From contig CAVSRI010000017.1 in NCBI GenBank assembly GCA_963730275.1, forward strand, positions 12,600 through 76,599: a stretch of 64,000 nt of DNA, given 5' to 3'. Every line of letters begins with the position of its first letter. Within the stretch, counting starts at the first letter, position 1. The stretch comes from an uncultured delta proteobacterium (GTDB lineage Bacteria; Desulfobacterota; Syntrophia; Syntrophales; Smithellaceae). A program made the translations under genes and the position numbers. A model generated the notes under the pieces. That model was not told the origin of the DNA, did no database searches, and saw only the letters and a list, made by a program, of their open reading frames with translations. Shown here one piece after another: positions 47,229 to 57,550 of the stretch.

Positions 47229-50200
47229 ATGAAGAAAGATACCCAAGCGGCGGCAAGTAAGGCAAGTAAATCGAAATCTAAAATCAGCAATTCTCAATCC
47301 CTCCGGGTATTGATAGTTGAGGATTCGGAAGACGATACTCTGCTGATAATCCGTGAGCTGAAAAAAGGCGGCTACAATCCAGTGCAGGAACGGGTGGAAA
47401 CTGCCGCCTCCATGAAAAAAGCCCTTAAAGAGAAGCAATGGGACATCATCCTTTGTGATTATAAACTGCCGAAATTCAATGCGCCTTCAGCCATTGCCCT
47501 GTTAAAAGAAACAAATATCGACATCCCTCTCATCATCGTATCGGGCGTAATTGGCGAGGAAACTGCCGTAGAGTGTATGCGTTTAGGCGCCCAAGATTAC
47601 ATCATGAAGAATAGCTTATCCCGCCTCTGCCCCACCATCGCCAGGGAATTAAAAGAAGCAGAAACAAGAAACAGGCGGAAACAGGCAGAGGATATGCTGC
47701 GAGAAGGCGAGGAAAAATATCGTAACATTCTGGAAAACATCGAAGATGGTTATTACGAAGTAAATCTTAATGGTGACTTCACCTTTTTCAACGCTTCCAT
47801 GTGCCGAATCCTTGGGTATCCCCAAGAAGAAATGATGGGCATGAATAACCGCAGGTTTACAGACAAAGAGAACGCAAAAAAACTTTTTAAAACGTTTAAT
47901 GAAGTCTACAGAACCGGCAAACCGGCCAAAGAGTTCGATTGGCAGATTATAAGAAAAGATGGAACCAAAAGGTACATCGAAGTATCTGTGTCTTTACAAA
48001 AAAATTCATCAGGCAAACCAATCGGATTTCGGGGCATCTCTCGGGACATCACCGAGCGCAAGCAGGTAGAAGAGGAACTGAAAAAAAGAGAGGAAATGCT
48101 GCGCCTAATTACGGAAAACATGTCAGATATGATCAGAGTGGTCGATTTGCAAGGTGTTAATTTGTATTCGAGTCCGTCTCATTTTAAAGGCCTCGGTTAC
48201 AGCATGGAAGAGCGCGTAGGCAAATCGACCTTTGATATTGTTCATCCAGACGACCGGGAAAGATTAATAAACTTATTTTCAGAAGGCCTAGCCTCCATTC
48301 AAGATGGTCTCGCCTCCTCCAATCAAAAAATCGGCATTGAATACAGGGTAAAGCATGCAGACGGCCATTATGTATGGCTGGAGACGGTGGGGGATATTCT
48401 CAGGGATGCTCAAGGTAAACCAACAGCTATTGTTCAGAGTTCACGAGATATTTCCGTGCGCAAGCAAATGGAGGAGGAACTGATAAAGGATGAAGCGAAA
48501 TATCGAGCCATTATTGAGAACATGCAGGAAGGCTATTTTGAGAATGACCTTGCCGGCAATTTTACCTTTGTTAATGACGCGCTATGCAGATTTCTAGGAT
48601 ATACCGAAGAGGAATTGATCGGAAAAAATAACAGGCAGTATACAGATGAAAAAACCGCTAAAGAAATCTATCAGATCTATAATAAAATCTACAGAACAGG
48701 AGAACCCGCTATAGGGATTGAGGAAGTATATATCAGGAAAAATGGGACAAAAGGGGTTGCCGAACTTTCGGTATCGCTCATCAGTGATGCAGAAGGCAAA
48801 CCGATCAGATTTCGGGGTATTTCTCACGATATAACCGAACGAAAGCAGGCCGAGTCCCACAGGGAGGCTGCGCTCGAGGCGCTGCGGAAGAGCGAAGCCC
48901 AGTATCGTTTACTGGCAGACCACATAAAAGACCAAGTGTGGCTCATGGACCTGAACTTAAAACCGACATATATCAGCCCCTCTGTGGAGAAGTCACGGGG
49001 ATACACATTTGAGGAGATTGCGGAACTTCCGCTGGATAAGCAACTCACGGCAACATCTTTACAGGCGGCGATGGAGTTTTTCTCCATTGAGATGCCCAAG
49101 GCGCTGGCAGATCCAACCTATTACCTGACGCGTTTACTGGAACTAGAGTTCTGCTGTAAAGACGGCTCGACTTACTGGATGGAAACCGCGTTTACTCTCA
49201 TCAGGGACGAAAACGGTAAGCCTTTCTCCCTCCTGGGCGCAGGTAGGGACATCACCGAGCGCAAGCAGGCGGAGGAGTCGCTGCGGAAAAGCGAAGAAAA
49301 CTTTCGCCGTTCCCTGGATGATTCCTCGCTGGGAGTCCGCATTGTAACCGTGGAAGGCGAGACACTTTATGCCAATCAGGCGACTCTGGAAATCTTTGGC
49401 AACGACAACATTGAGGAGTTGAAAAGAACTCCTATAAAGGCGCATTATACGCCAGAGAGTTATGCTGATTTTCAGATAAGAAATGAAAAAAGAAGGCAGG
49501 GCGAGTTTGGCCCATCTGAATATGAAATAAGTATCATGAGAAAAAACGGTGAAATCCGTCATATTCAGGTTTTCCGTAAAGAAGTTATTTGGAATGGCAC
49601 AAGGCAGTTTCAGATTATCTACCATGATATCTCCGAGCGCAAGCGGGCGGAGGAAGAACATAAGCAGAACTTTGAGCGGATGAGAAAAGCTCTGCGAGCC
49701 ACAGTCCAATCCATTTCCATGACCGTGGAAATGAAAGATCCCTATACTTCAGGTCATCAACAGCGGGTATCCGATCTGGCCCGGTCGATGGCCACAGAAA
49801 TGGGCTTATCGACAGACCGGCAGGACTTCATCCGCATCGCATCCAGCATTCATGACATCGGCAAGATAGCCATTCCGTCGGAAATACTCAGCAAACCGAC
49901 AAAACTGACTGATCTGGAATTCAATTTGATTAAAACACATCCCCAATCAGGGTATGATATCCTGAAAGACATCGAATTTCCCTGGCCAGTGGCCGATGTC
50001 GTCCTTCAGCATCATGAACGGATGGATGGATCCGGCTATCCGCAGGGTCTTAAGAAAGATGATATTCTTCTGGAGGCACGGATTCTGGCCGTCGCCGACG
50101 TCGTGGAGGCCATTGCATCGCATCGTCCCTATCGGCCGGCACTGGGAATCGATCTTGCCTTGAAGGAGATTTCCGAGAATAAGGGCATCCTTTATGATGC

Positions 50201-50270
50201 CGATGCCGTGGATGCCTGTCTAAAATTATTTCAGGAGAAAGGCTACACCCTGGTTATTAAAAAGTCGTGA
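47229..50270 (+). CDS. Response regulator with REC, multiple PAS domains and a C-terminal HD-GYP c-di-GMP phosphodiesterase domain
   Basis: 1013 aa. REC (VLIVEDSEDD...ILCDYKLPKF), about 5 PAS units each ended by RDITERKQ-type linkers, then HD-GYP (SIHDIGKIAIPSEIL...HHERMDGSGYPQGL). Confidence 0.9.
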   Translation: MKKDTQAAASKASKSKSKISNSQSLRVLIVEDSEDDTLLIIRELKKGGYNPVQERVETAASMKKALKEKQWDIILCDYKLPKFNAPSAIALLKETNIDIPLIIVSGVIGEETAVECMRLGAQDYIMKNSLSRLCPTIARELKEAETRNRRKQAEDMLREGEEKYRNILENIEDGYYEVNLNGDFTFFNASMCRILGYPQEEMMGMNNRRFTDKENAKKLFKTFNEVYRTGKPAKEFDWQIIRKDGTKRYIEVSVSLQKNSSGKPIGFRGISRDITERKQVEEELKKREEMLRLITENMSDMIRVVDLQGVNLYSSPSHFKGLGYSMEERVGKSTFDIVHPDDRERLINLFSEGLASIQDGLASSNQKIGIEYRVKHADGHYVWLETVGDILRDAQGKPTAIVQSSRDISVRKQMEEELIKDEAKYRAIIENMQEGYFENDLAGNFTFVNDALCRFLGYTEEELIGKNNRQYTDEKTAKEIYQIYNKIYRTGEPAIGIEEVYIRKNGTKGVAELSVSLISDAEGKPIRFRGISHDITERKQAESHREAALEALRKSEAQYRLLADHIKDQVWLMDLNLKPTYISPSVEKSRGYTFEEIAELPLDKQLTATSLQAAMEFFSIEMPKALADPTYYLTRLLELEFCCKDGSTYWMETAFTLIRDENGKPFSLLGAGRDITERKQAEESLRKSEENFRRSLDDSSLGVRIVTVEGETLYANQATLEIFGNDNIEELKRTPIKAHYTPESYADFQIRNEKRRQGEFGPSEYEISIMRKNGEIRHIQVFRKEVIWNGTRQFQIIYHDISERKRAEEEHKQNFERMRKALRATVQSISMTVEMKDPYTSGHQQRVSDLARSMATEMGLSTDRQDFIRIASSIHDIGKIAIPSEILSKPTKLTDLEFNLIKTHPQSGYDILKDIEFPWPVADVVLQHHERMDGSGYPQGLKKDDILLEARILAVADVVEAIASHRPYRPALGIDLALKEISENKGILYDADAVDACLKLFQEKGYTLVIKKS

Positions 50271-50331
50271 AACGTATCTCGTATCTCGCGCTTCACGCTT
50301 CACGAGATGCAAGATACAAGAGGAATTTATA

Positions 50332-53300
50332 ATGGTTAAAAAAATTCCCTCTGCCAAGAGCACTCCGAAATCTAAAATCAGCAAGCCGCAATCCTTGCGG
50401 GCATTAATGGTTGAGGATTCGGAAGATGATGCTCTGCTGATAATCCGTGAACTGAAAAAAGGCGGTTACGATCCGGTGTCCGAACGGGTGGAAACCGCCG
50501 CCGCCATGAAAAAAGCCCTTAAAGAGAAGCAGTGGGACATTATCCTTTGCGATTATAAACTGCCGAAATTCAATGCCCCCTCCGCCATTGCCCTGTTAAA
50601 GGAATCAAACATCGACATCCCCCTCATCATTGTATCCGGAACTATCGGTGAAGAGACGGCCGTAGAGTGCATGCGTCTGGGCGCTCAAGATTATATCATG
50701 AAGAATAACTTATCGCGCCTCTGCCCCGCCATCGCCCGGGAATTAAAAGAAGCAGAAACAAGAGACAAGCAGAAGCGGGCCGAAGAGATAATTATCCACA
50801 GCGAGAAACGTTTTAAAGCCTTGTATCAGGAAAGTCCCATTCCCACATTTACCTGGCAGAAGAGAGGAGACGACTTCTTCCTTGTAGATTGCAACCGCGC
50901 CGCTATCTTGCTCACAGAAGGCAGAGCAAGCAACTATATGGGAAAGAGTGCACAGGAGCTGTATCGGGAAAGACCGGAGATTATCGAGGACATGCTCCAG
51001 TGCTTCAAAGAACAATCCACCATCAGCAAGGAACTTGTTTCTCAACACTTTGTGCCGGGAAGACTCCTATCCGTTTATTATTCCTACGTTCCCCCGGATT
51101 TGATTATCGTCCATATGGAGGACATCACCGAGCGCAAACAGGCGGAAGAGGCGCTGCGCGAGAGCGAAGAACGTTACCGCAGGATTGTAGACAATTCATT
51201 GATGGGCATAGGCATTTCGTGCGAGAACAAAATCATCTTTGCCAACCCGGCTTTATTGCGTCTGTTCGGCTACAACGATCTCGAGGAATTTACCAAGATT
51301 CCCTTGCTCAATCATGTTGCGCCGGCATCACATGAACTTATTGCCGCCCGAATGGAAAAGATTGCTCAAGGGAAACCGGTACCAGACGAGTTTGAGTACG
51401 ATATCATCCGCAAAGACGGACTAAGCAGAACATTGCTGGCAAACAGCCAACGCTTCACGTTGAGTGGCAAGGTACATACTCAAACTATCTTCCAAGATAT
51501 CACCGAGCGCAAACGTTCCGAGGAAAGGTATCAAACCATTATCTTTACTGCTATGGATGGTTTTGGGCTTTTAGATATGCAGGGGTGTTACAAAGATGTG
51601 AACGAGGCTTACTGCAAGATGCTAGGGTATAGCCGTAACGAGCTCCTCACTATGGCAATTCCCGATCTCGAAGTAATAGAGACTCCTGAGAACACAGGCG
51701 AACACATCCGAAAAATAATGGAAGTCGGCTACGACCGCTTTGAAACCCGTCAGCGGCGCAAGGATGGTGAGATTATTGACATTGAGGTTAGCGTCAAGTT
51801 TGAACCAACTGATGGCGGACGAATGATTGGTTTCTACCGCGACATCACCGAACGCAAGCAGGCAGAAAAGGCTTTACACGAGAGCGAAGAAAGGATGAAG
51901 AGTGTTTTTCGCGTGGCGCCTATCGGCATCGGCCTGTTAGTTAACCGCGTTTTTATAGATGTTAATGACCGCATATCTGAAATGACCGGCTACAGCAAGG
52001 AAGAACTTATAGGCGTCAGCGCCCGCGTTCTATATCCGAGCCAGGCTGACTTTGACTACGTTGGAACAGAAAAGTACCGGCAGATTGCCCAAGAAGGAAC
52101 AGGTGCTGTTGAAACTCGTTGGCAGAAAAAGGATGGCAAGATTATTGATATATTACTCTCTTCATCTCCCCTTGATTCATCGGATTTATCCCGCGGCGTT
52201 ACTTTCACTGCTCTGGATATCACTGAGCGCAAACAGTCACGGGAAATACTGCAGCAAAGCGAAGAGAAATACCGGCTGACTTTTGCGAGCACTTCTGATG
52301 TTATCTTTACGCTGGATGCTGAATTAAAAATTATGAATATAACCCCAAGCATTGAAAAAGTTTTGGGCTACAAAGTTGAAGAGCTGATTAACAAATTCTT
52401 CCCTGACCTAAATATCATGACACCGGAATCTTTGGAAAAAGCTATACATAATACCAGGCAATCATTTTCCGGAGAAAATATACCTGCTGCTGTTTATGAA
52501 TTCATCCATCATAACGGCGAAAAAGTTGTTGGAGAAATAACCGCTTCACCCATCGTTATGGAAAGTAAAATAATTGGTGTCACCTGCGTGGCCAGAGATA
52601 TTACCGAACGCATGCTGGCGGCGGCGGCATTAACCAAGAGTGAAGAAAAATACCGCAGCATCGTCGAAAACGCGCGGGAGGGCATCTACCAGTCAACCGA
52701 CAGATATCTTACCCTAAACCCGGCACTCGCGCATATGCTGGGATATGATTCTCCTGAAGAAGTCCTGGCCACCATTACCGACCTTGCCCGGCAGCTTTAT
52801 GTCAATCCGGATGACCGCAAGAAATTGCTGGAAATGGTAAATGAAAGAGGTTCCGTAACGGATTTTGAAGCAGAATATTATAAAAAAGACGGCAGTCGCA
52901 TCTGGGTATCTATCAACATGCACGCCGTCCGGGATGATCAGGGACACCTTCTTTATTACCAGGGAATTAATCAGGACATAACAGAGAAAAAGAAGATAGA
53001 AGCGGAACGCCAGGAAAATATCGAGCGTTTAAGGAAATCGCTGGGCGCCACGATTAATGCCATGGCCACCACTGTCGAAACGAGAGACCCCTACACGGCA
53101 GGCCATCAGCGAAGAGTGGCTGATCTGGCGCGTGCTATTGCCACGGAGATGAATCTGGAAAGCGATCAAATAGACGGCGTGCGCATGGCCAGCATGATTC
53201 ATGATATCGGCAAAATATCCATCCCTTCCGAAATTCTCACCAAACCCACGGAGCTAACCAAGCTGGAATTCAACTTGATTAAAACACACCCTGATTCGGG

Positions 53301-53610
53301 ATATAATATTCTGAAAGATATCGAATTCCCCTGGCCCATTGCCCGGATTGTTCTGGAGCATCACGAACGTATAGATGGCTCCGGTTATCCGAATGGCCTC
53401 AAGGGAGAGCAAACCCTCCTGGAATCGCGGATTATAGCCATAGCCGATGTAGTGGAAGCCATCTCTTCGCACCGGCCTTACCGAGCTGCCCAGGGACTCA
53501 ATGCGGCGCTGGCTGAAATTTCAAAAAACAAGGGCATTCTCTACGAACCGGATATCGTTGATGCCTGCCTGCGGCTTTTCCGGGAAAAGAATTATAAACT
53601 GGCCGCTTGA
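50332..53610 (+). CDS. Paralogous REC - PAS(n) - HD-GYP response regulator
   Basis: 1092 aa. Its REC domain is nearly identical to that of the upstream gene. About 6-7 PAS units, then HD-GYP (MIHDIGKISIPSEIL...HHERIDGSGYPNGL). Confidence 0.9.
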   Translation: MVKKIPSAKSTPKSKISKPQSLRALMVEDSEDDALLIIRELKKGGYDPVSERVETAAAMKKALKEKQWDIILCDYKLPKFNAPSAIALLKESNIDIPLIIVSGTIGEETAVECMRLGAQDYIMKNNLSRLCPAIARELKEAETRDKQKRAEEIIIHSEKRFKALYQESPIPTFTWQKRGDDFFLVDCNRAAILLTEGRASNYMGKSAQELYRERPEIIEDMLQCFKEQSTISKELVSQHFVPGRLLSVYYSYVPPDLIIVHMEDITERKQAEEALRESEERYRRIVDNSLMGIGISCENKIIFANPALLRLFGYNDLEEFTKIPLLNHVAPASHELIAARMEKIAQGKPVPDEFEYDIIRKDGLSRTLLANSQRFTLSGKVHTQTIFQDITERKRSEERYQTIIFTAMDGFGLLDMQGCYKDVNEAYCKMLGYSRNELLTMAIPDLEVIETPENTGEHIRKIMEVGYDRFETRQRRKDGEIIDIEVSVKFEPTDGGRMIGFYRDITERKQAEKALHESEERMKSVFRVAPIGIGLLVNRVFIDVNDRISEMTGYSKEELIGVSARVLYPSQADFDYVGTEKYRQIAQEGTGAVETRWQKKDGKIIDILLSSSPLDSSDLSRGVTFTALDITERKQSREILQQSEEKYRLTFASTSDVIFTLDAELKIMNITPSIEKVLGYKVEELINKFFPDLNIMTPESLEKAIHNTRQSFSGENIPAAVYEFIHHNGEKVVGEITASPIVMESKIIGVTCVARDITERMLAAAALTKSEEKYRSIVENAREGIYQSTDRYLTLNPALAHMLGYDSPEEVLATITDLARQLYVNPDDRKKLLEMVNERGSVTDFEAEYYKKDGSRIWVSINMHAVRDDQGHLLYYQGINQDITEKKKIEAERQENIERLRKSLGATINAMATTVETRDPYTAGHQRRVADLARAIATEMNLESDQIDGVRMASMIHDIGKISIPSEILTKPTELTKLEFNLIKTHPDSGYNILKDIEFPWPIARIVLEHHERIDGSGYPNGLKGEQTLLESRIIAIADVVEAISSHRPYRAAQGLNAALAEISKNKGILYEPDIVDACLRLFREKNYKLAA

Positions 53611-53621
53611 TGATATTTTAT

Positions 53622-54206
53622 TTATCTTGCAGTTTTTATAAACAGGGCTGATTTACTTAAGGAAATATGCGGACTATAGCCAAGAGTGAATCCTGTTTTT
53701 AAGGCTAAATGAACAGTCTGGGCGAATTTTGCTTTTATAACATGGATTTTCGGCTCCGCCATTAAAAATTTACCGTCATCTTTTAACAAAGAATACAACT
53801 CGGTAAGAAAACGCACTTTGTCGGGAACCTCGTGCACCATCCAGAAAGCCAAAATAAAATCCAACTTCATTTTAATGTCTAACGAATCTGCAGATGCCAG
53901 CTGAAGTTCAATGCGCTGTAATACGCCAGCGCGCTCAGCCCTCTTTTTTATGGCGTTAAGCATTTCCTGCTGAATATCGACGGCAATCACCCGTCCGCTA
54001 TCACCAACCAGTTCAGTCAGAGGTATCGTAAAATAGCCGATCCCGGGGCCAACATCCAGGACGGTGTCTCCTTCTTTTATGTAAGGCCGAAGAATTTTGT
54101 ACTGGTTTTGCAATAATTTACGAAAGATATTGTCAAAGGTAAAACACAGCCAGCGCGGACAAACGTGCTTAAATCTAAAAAAGAATAAGTCGGAAATTTT
54201 GCTCAT
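53622..54206 (-). CDS. Class I SAM-dependent methyltransferase
   Basis: 194 aa. Motif I VLDVGPGIGYFT and post-I VIAVDIQQEML. Confidence 0.8.
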   Translation of the reverse strand: MSKISDLFFFRFKHVCPRWLCFTFDNIFRKLLQNQYKILRPYIKEGDTVLDVGPGIGYFTIPLTELVGDSGRVIAVDIQQEMLNAIKKRAERAGVLQRIELQLASADSLDIKMKLDFILAFWMVHEVPDKVRFLTELYSLLKDDGKFLMAEPKIHVIKAKFAQTVHLALKTGFTLGYSPHISLSKSALFIKTAR

Positions 54207-54293
54207 ATTACCTTTCGTGTCATTCCCGCAGAGGCGGGAATCCAGGATATCTTTGTTGCTTCGGCCTAAATGAAAAAGTCTTAATACCCGAAT

Positions 54294-56468
54294 TTAAAAA
54301 ACGCTTTTTAAAAACTCCAAAACTTTTGCGTTTACTTGCTCGGCTTCTTTTCCCCGCAATATCCCGTGGTGATTGGCTTCGATTCGGATAAGTTCCTTTT
54401 TGGGGGCGCCGAGTTTTTCCAATATTTCCCGTCCGCTTACCGGATTCACTACCGGATCTTCCGAGCCTTGTATGATCAGCGTTGGGTCTTTGATGTATTT
54501 AAGTCGATCTTCAAGGGTATTCATGAGCTTCTCCAGTTCATTGACGCCGCTAACGGGATTGCGCAGATAATTTATATCCGGATTTTCCGGGTCGTTGGCG
54601 ATGAATTCCATTTTCCCTTTGTTTGTGTTCATTTTCGAAAGGAATTTATTCCAGGCGACAACCACGGAGGAAAGCCTGGAGGAGATATTTTGAAGTTTTA
54701 AAGGCGCGTTAATTGATATTACTCCCACAAACCTGCCGGGTTTGTTCGCCGCCTGCAATAAGGCTATTCCCGCGCCCATGGAAAAGCCGCCAACGGCAAA
54801 AGATTTCAGGGAATTTTTCATGATGATGTACGCCCTGCTTACGGAATCATACCATTTTTGCCACTTGCAGCCTGCCAAATCTTCCGGGGATGTACCATGT
54901 CCCCGCAGACGCGCGCCGTATATGTTGTAGCCCTTCTTATAGAGATAATCCGCCAGCGGCCTAATTTCTTCGGGCGCCGCCATGTATCCATGAACAAGAA
55001 TAATTCCTTTCTTACCAAAGAAACGCTTCCTAAAAAAAGGCGCTCCGATATTTTTGGGCTTACTCTCACCTTTTATGTAATATTGTTGATAATCTTGTTC
55101 GAAAAGCTGTTTCTCCAACTCGATAAAGTGATTTCTAATCTTTTGCCTGACATAAGCGGCGGGTAACATCATCAAGCGGTTAAGTGCTTTTGTAAGATTC
55201 TGCAGAGGCTCTATTTCGTTGGTCAATACCTCTACAATATTATCTTTCCGAATAGTATGAAATTCGTATTTTTTACTGAAACGTTCATGATTTTTAGCAA
55301 TAATTCCATCCCGCACGGTTATGAGGTTTTCGGATAAGGCGGCTTTTATAAAGCTCTCATATTCTTCATGGCAATCATCCGTAAGAAGATAGAACTGCTT
55401 TTTATTCAGAGACGTATGATAGTTCGTTAAACCGCTGGCGCGCAAATGTTCGATCGCCAGAAAAACACGGTTTTTAAAATCGTCCTCGCTAATTTTGTTT
55501 CTACTGTACTTCGTCAAAATATAAGAAAAGAGATGATCATGATTAACGGTCGTCATAGAGTATATGGCATCCATATAATCATACATAATTCCGATATAGA
55601 GCTTTTTAAATGGAGAAACATATTTTAATTCTCCCGGATGCAAATAAAGATTATTATCGGCCAGCATCTTTTTCACTCCCACGCTCTCCGTAATATAATT
55701 TTTCATTGATATCGGCTGCCCAAAGTTAATATCGATATCCACGCCGTCCATAATCATGGAACCTTCGACTTGCATTTCTTCTTCCAACCGCGCCGGAATA
55801 TTATTGATAAAGTAGTTGACCAATTTACTGATGGCATTATTCCTCGCCCGGATCGGATAATAAGTGATGTTTACAGGGATAATATATGTTTCCTTCTGAA
55901 GAATTTGGTCTAAATTAGCTGGATCAAAACCAAAATGTTTCGCAATTTGAGTAATGGACGAATCATCGCCTCTGTCGCGCAGCAGGCGTAATTCTTCGCG
56001 AATGAACTGGGAGCGCAGGGCAATGCGCCCTGCCCCGGTGTGCGGCGGCCGCCTGATCCCGGTATTATAGACCATATACTTGCCCTTCTCGATAATCTTC
56101 TTATCCTTTATCATCTGGCCTTCCGGGAAAATAATAACCGGATTATCGTCGGTGAGAAGCGCATTGATAAGCAATGTATCCCTGTTGGGGTCCGCAGTGG
56201 AAATTCCACCTAATCTGTCCATAAGCTCGCCCATTTTCCCGCCAAAAAAAGAGCTGTCCGCCAGAGAAATGGGATATTTTTTTATGCTCTTTTTGATTAT
56301 ATAGGGCATCAAAATTGTTTCCATCCGCGTAAAGTGATTGATGACATAGAGGGTAGACTGATCAGGAACATTACCGGCTCCATGAATGCGTATGTCCGTA
56401 CCCGATGCTTTAATTATGGCGTCGAGCGTAACCGTAATGGTTTTAATCAGAGTATTTGATATATTCAT
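54294..56468 (-). CDS. Fusion protein: PlsC-type acyltransferase (N-terminal) plus alpha/beta-hydrolase (lysophospholipase-like, C-terminal)
   Basis: 724 aa. Acyltransferase HX4D-type block INHFTRMETILMP and FPEGQMIKD. The C-terminal ~250 aa have GILVHGYMAAP, nucleophile elbow GFSMGAG and a late EANHHGI histidine. Confidence 0.75.
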   Translation of the reverse strand: MNISNTLIKTITVTLDAIIKASGTDIRIHGAGNVPDQSTLYVINHFTRMETILMPYIIKKSIKKYPISLADSSFFGGKMGELMDRLGGISTADPNRDTLLINALLTDDNPVIIFPEGQMIKDKKIIEKGKYMVYNTGIRRPPHTGAGRIALRSQFIREELRLLRDRGDDSSITQIAKHFGFDPANLDQILQKETYIIPVNITYYPIRARNNAISKLVNYFINNIPARLEEEMQVEGSMIMDGVDIDINFGQPISMKNYITESVGVKKMLADNNLYLHPGELKYVSPFKKLYIGIMYDYMDAIYSMTTVNHDHLFSYILTKYSRNKISEDDFKNRVFLAIEHLRASGLTNYHTSLNKKQFYLLTDDCHEEYESFIKAALSENLITVRDGIIAKNHERFSKKYEFHTIRKDNIVEVLTNEIEPLQNLTKALNRLMMLPAAYVRQKIRNHFIELEKQLFEQDYQQYYIKGESKPKNIGAPFFRKRFFGKKGIILVHGYMAAPEEIRPLADYLYKKGYNIYGARLRGHGTSPEDLAGCKWQKWYDSVSRAYIIMKNSLKSFAVGGFSMGAGIALLQAANKPGRFVGVISINAPLKLQNISSRLSSVVVAWNKFLSKMNTNKGKMEFIANDPENPDINYLRNPVSGVNELEKLMNTLEDRLKYIKDPTLIIQGSEDPVVNPVSGREILEKLGAPKKELIRIEANHHGILRGKEAEQVNAKVLEFLKSVF

Positions 56469-57304
56469 GAGTTTTTACCTTTGCTTTTTTGAGTTTGTTT
56501 TATATCCGCCAATACTGCCTTTAATATGTCCGGTTTATTAGTAAAAATCCCGCTGACACCCGAATCGATAAAACGATGCATGTTCTTTTTATCATTTACA
56601 GTATAGATATTTACTGGAATATTATTTAATTTAAGATTCATAAGCCATTTCTTGCTCAGCTCATTTTTGGAGCAGTTGAAGGCATCGGCTCCGAGTAATT
56701 CAATTATCTCTGAAGGCAACTTTGATCCATAATACTCTTTTTCAAATAACACGGCTGCAGCCATTTTGACGGCAGCCGCTACAGTGCGGTCTATTTCCTT
56801 GAGATGTTTAATGGCCCGCGGATCAAAGCTGGAAAACACTACGTGCTCCCGCATTCCTCTCATCTCAACAATGTTCATGCTCTTTTCTTCAATGCCGTTC
56901 CGGATTTTTTCATCAACTGCTTCGGTCTTGATTTCAATGTTTACTGCAATTTTATTCCGGCAAAGGTTTAACACCTCCTCCAGAGTTGGTATCGTTGTGC
57001 CTTTATACTCTTCGCCAAACCAGCTTCCCGCATCCAGTTTTTTTAGCTCGGAAAGGGCGTATTCGGCAATCCTGCCCTTACCGTTCGTGCAGCGCGTTAG
57101 TTTTTCATCGTGAAATACCACTACTTCTCCGTCTCTAGTTAGTTGAACATCGAGCTCAATCATATCGGCGCCCATCGAGATTGCTCCCTGAAATGATTCC
57201 ATGGTGTTCTCCGGGTAATAGGCGGAAGCGCCGCGGTGGGCAATGGCTGTAAATTCGTCGCCTTTAATATAGTTATATTTAAATAAATAATACGGTTTCC
57301 CCAT
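56465..57304 (-). CDS. Glycerophosphodiester phosphodiesterase
   Basis: 279 aa. AHRGASAYYPENTMESF and IELDVQLTRDGEVVVFHDEKL are GDPD motifs. 4-nt overlap with the acyltransferase fusion gene. Confidence 0.85.
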   Translation of the reverse strand: MGKPYYLFKYNYIKGDEFTAIAHRGASAYYPENTMESFQGAISMGADMIELDVQLTRDGEVVVFHDEKLTRCTNGKGRIAEYALSELKKLDAGSWFGEEYKGTTIPTLEEVLNLCRNKIAVNIEIKTEAVDEKIRNGIEEKSMNIVEMRGMREHVVFSSFDPRAIKHLKEIDRTVAAAVKMAAAVLFEKEYYGSKLPSEIIELLGADAFNCSKNELSKKWLMNLKLNNIPVNIYTVNDKKNMHRFIDSGVSGIFTNKPDILKAVLADIKQTQKSKGKNS

Positions 57305-57550
57305 TACTATATCATCCGATAAGTTTAATATGAATAATTTTACCTATTTATTTTATCATTAAACGCCAGACAAGTTCATTAAAAATATTTAGATGTTTTT
57401 ACAAGCCGTGGGGTTGGAGGTCTCTTTCTTTACTATAAATAAGCGCAATTTGTTTCAGTATGATGACAAATATAAAAATTTATGCAAGATTATAATATAG
57501 CAAGGTATATGAGGCAAAAAGTTGTAACGGTTCAAAGGAAAGGGTATCCC

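Noticed and set aside
54223-54240. Hairpin TTCCCGCAGAGGCGGGAA (within GTCATTCCCGCAGAGGCGGGAATCCAGG), which resembles a REP sequence common in other bacteria.
   Set aside because: There is only one copy in this window and no U-tract, so I cannot support a repeat-family or terminator call. Noted only for its similarity to the GGGAATTCC...CGCGGGA part of Rep-B.
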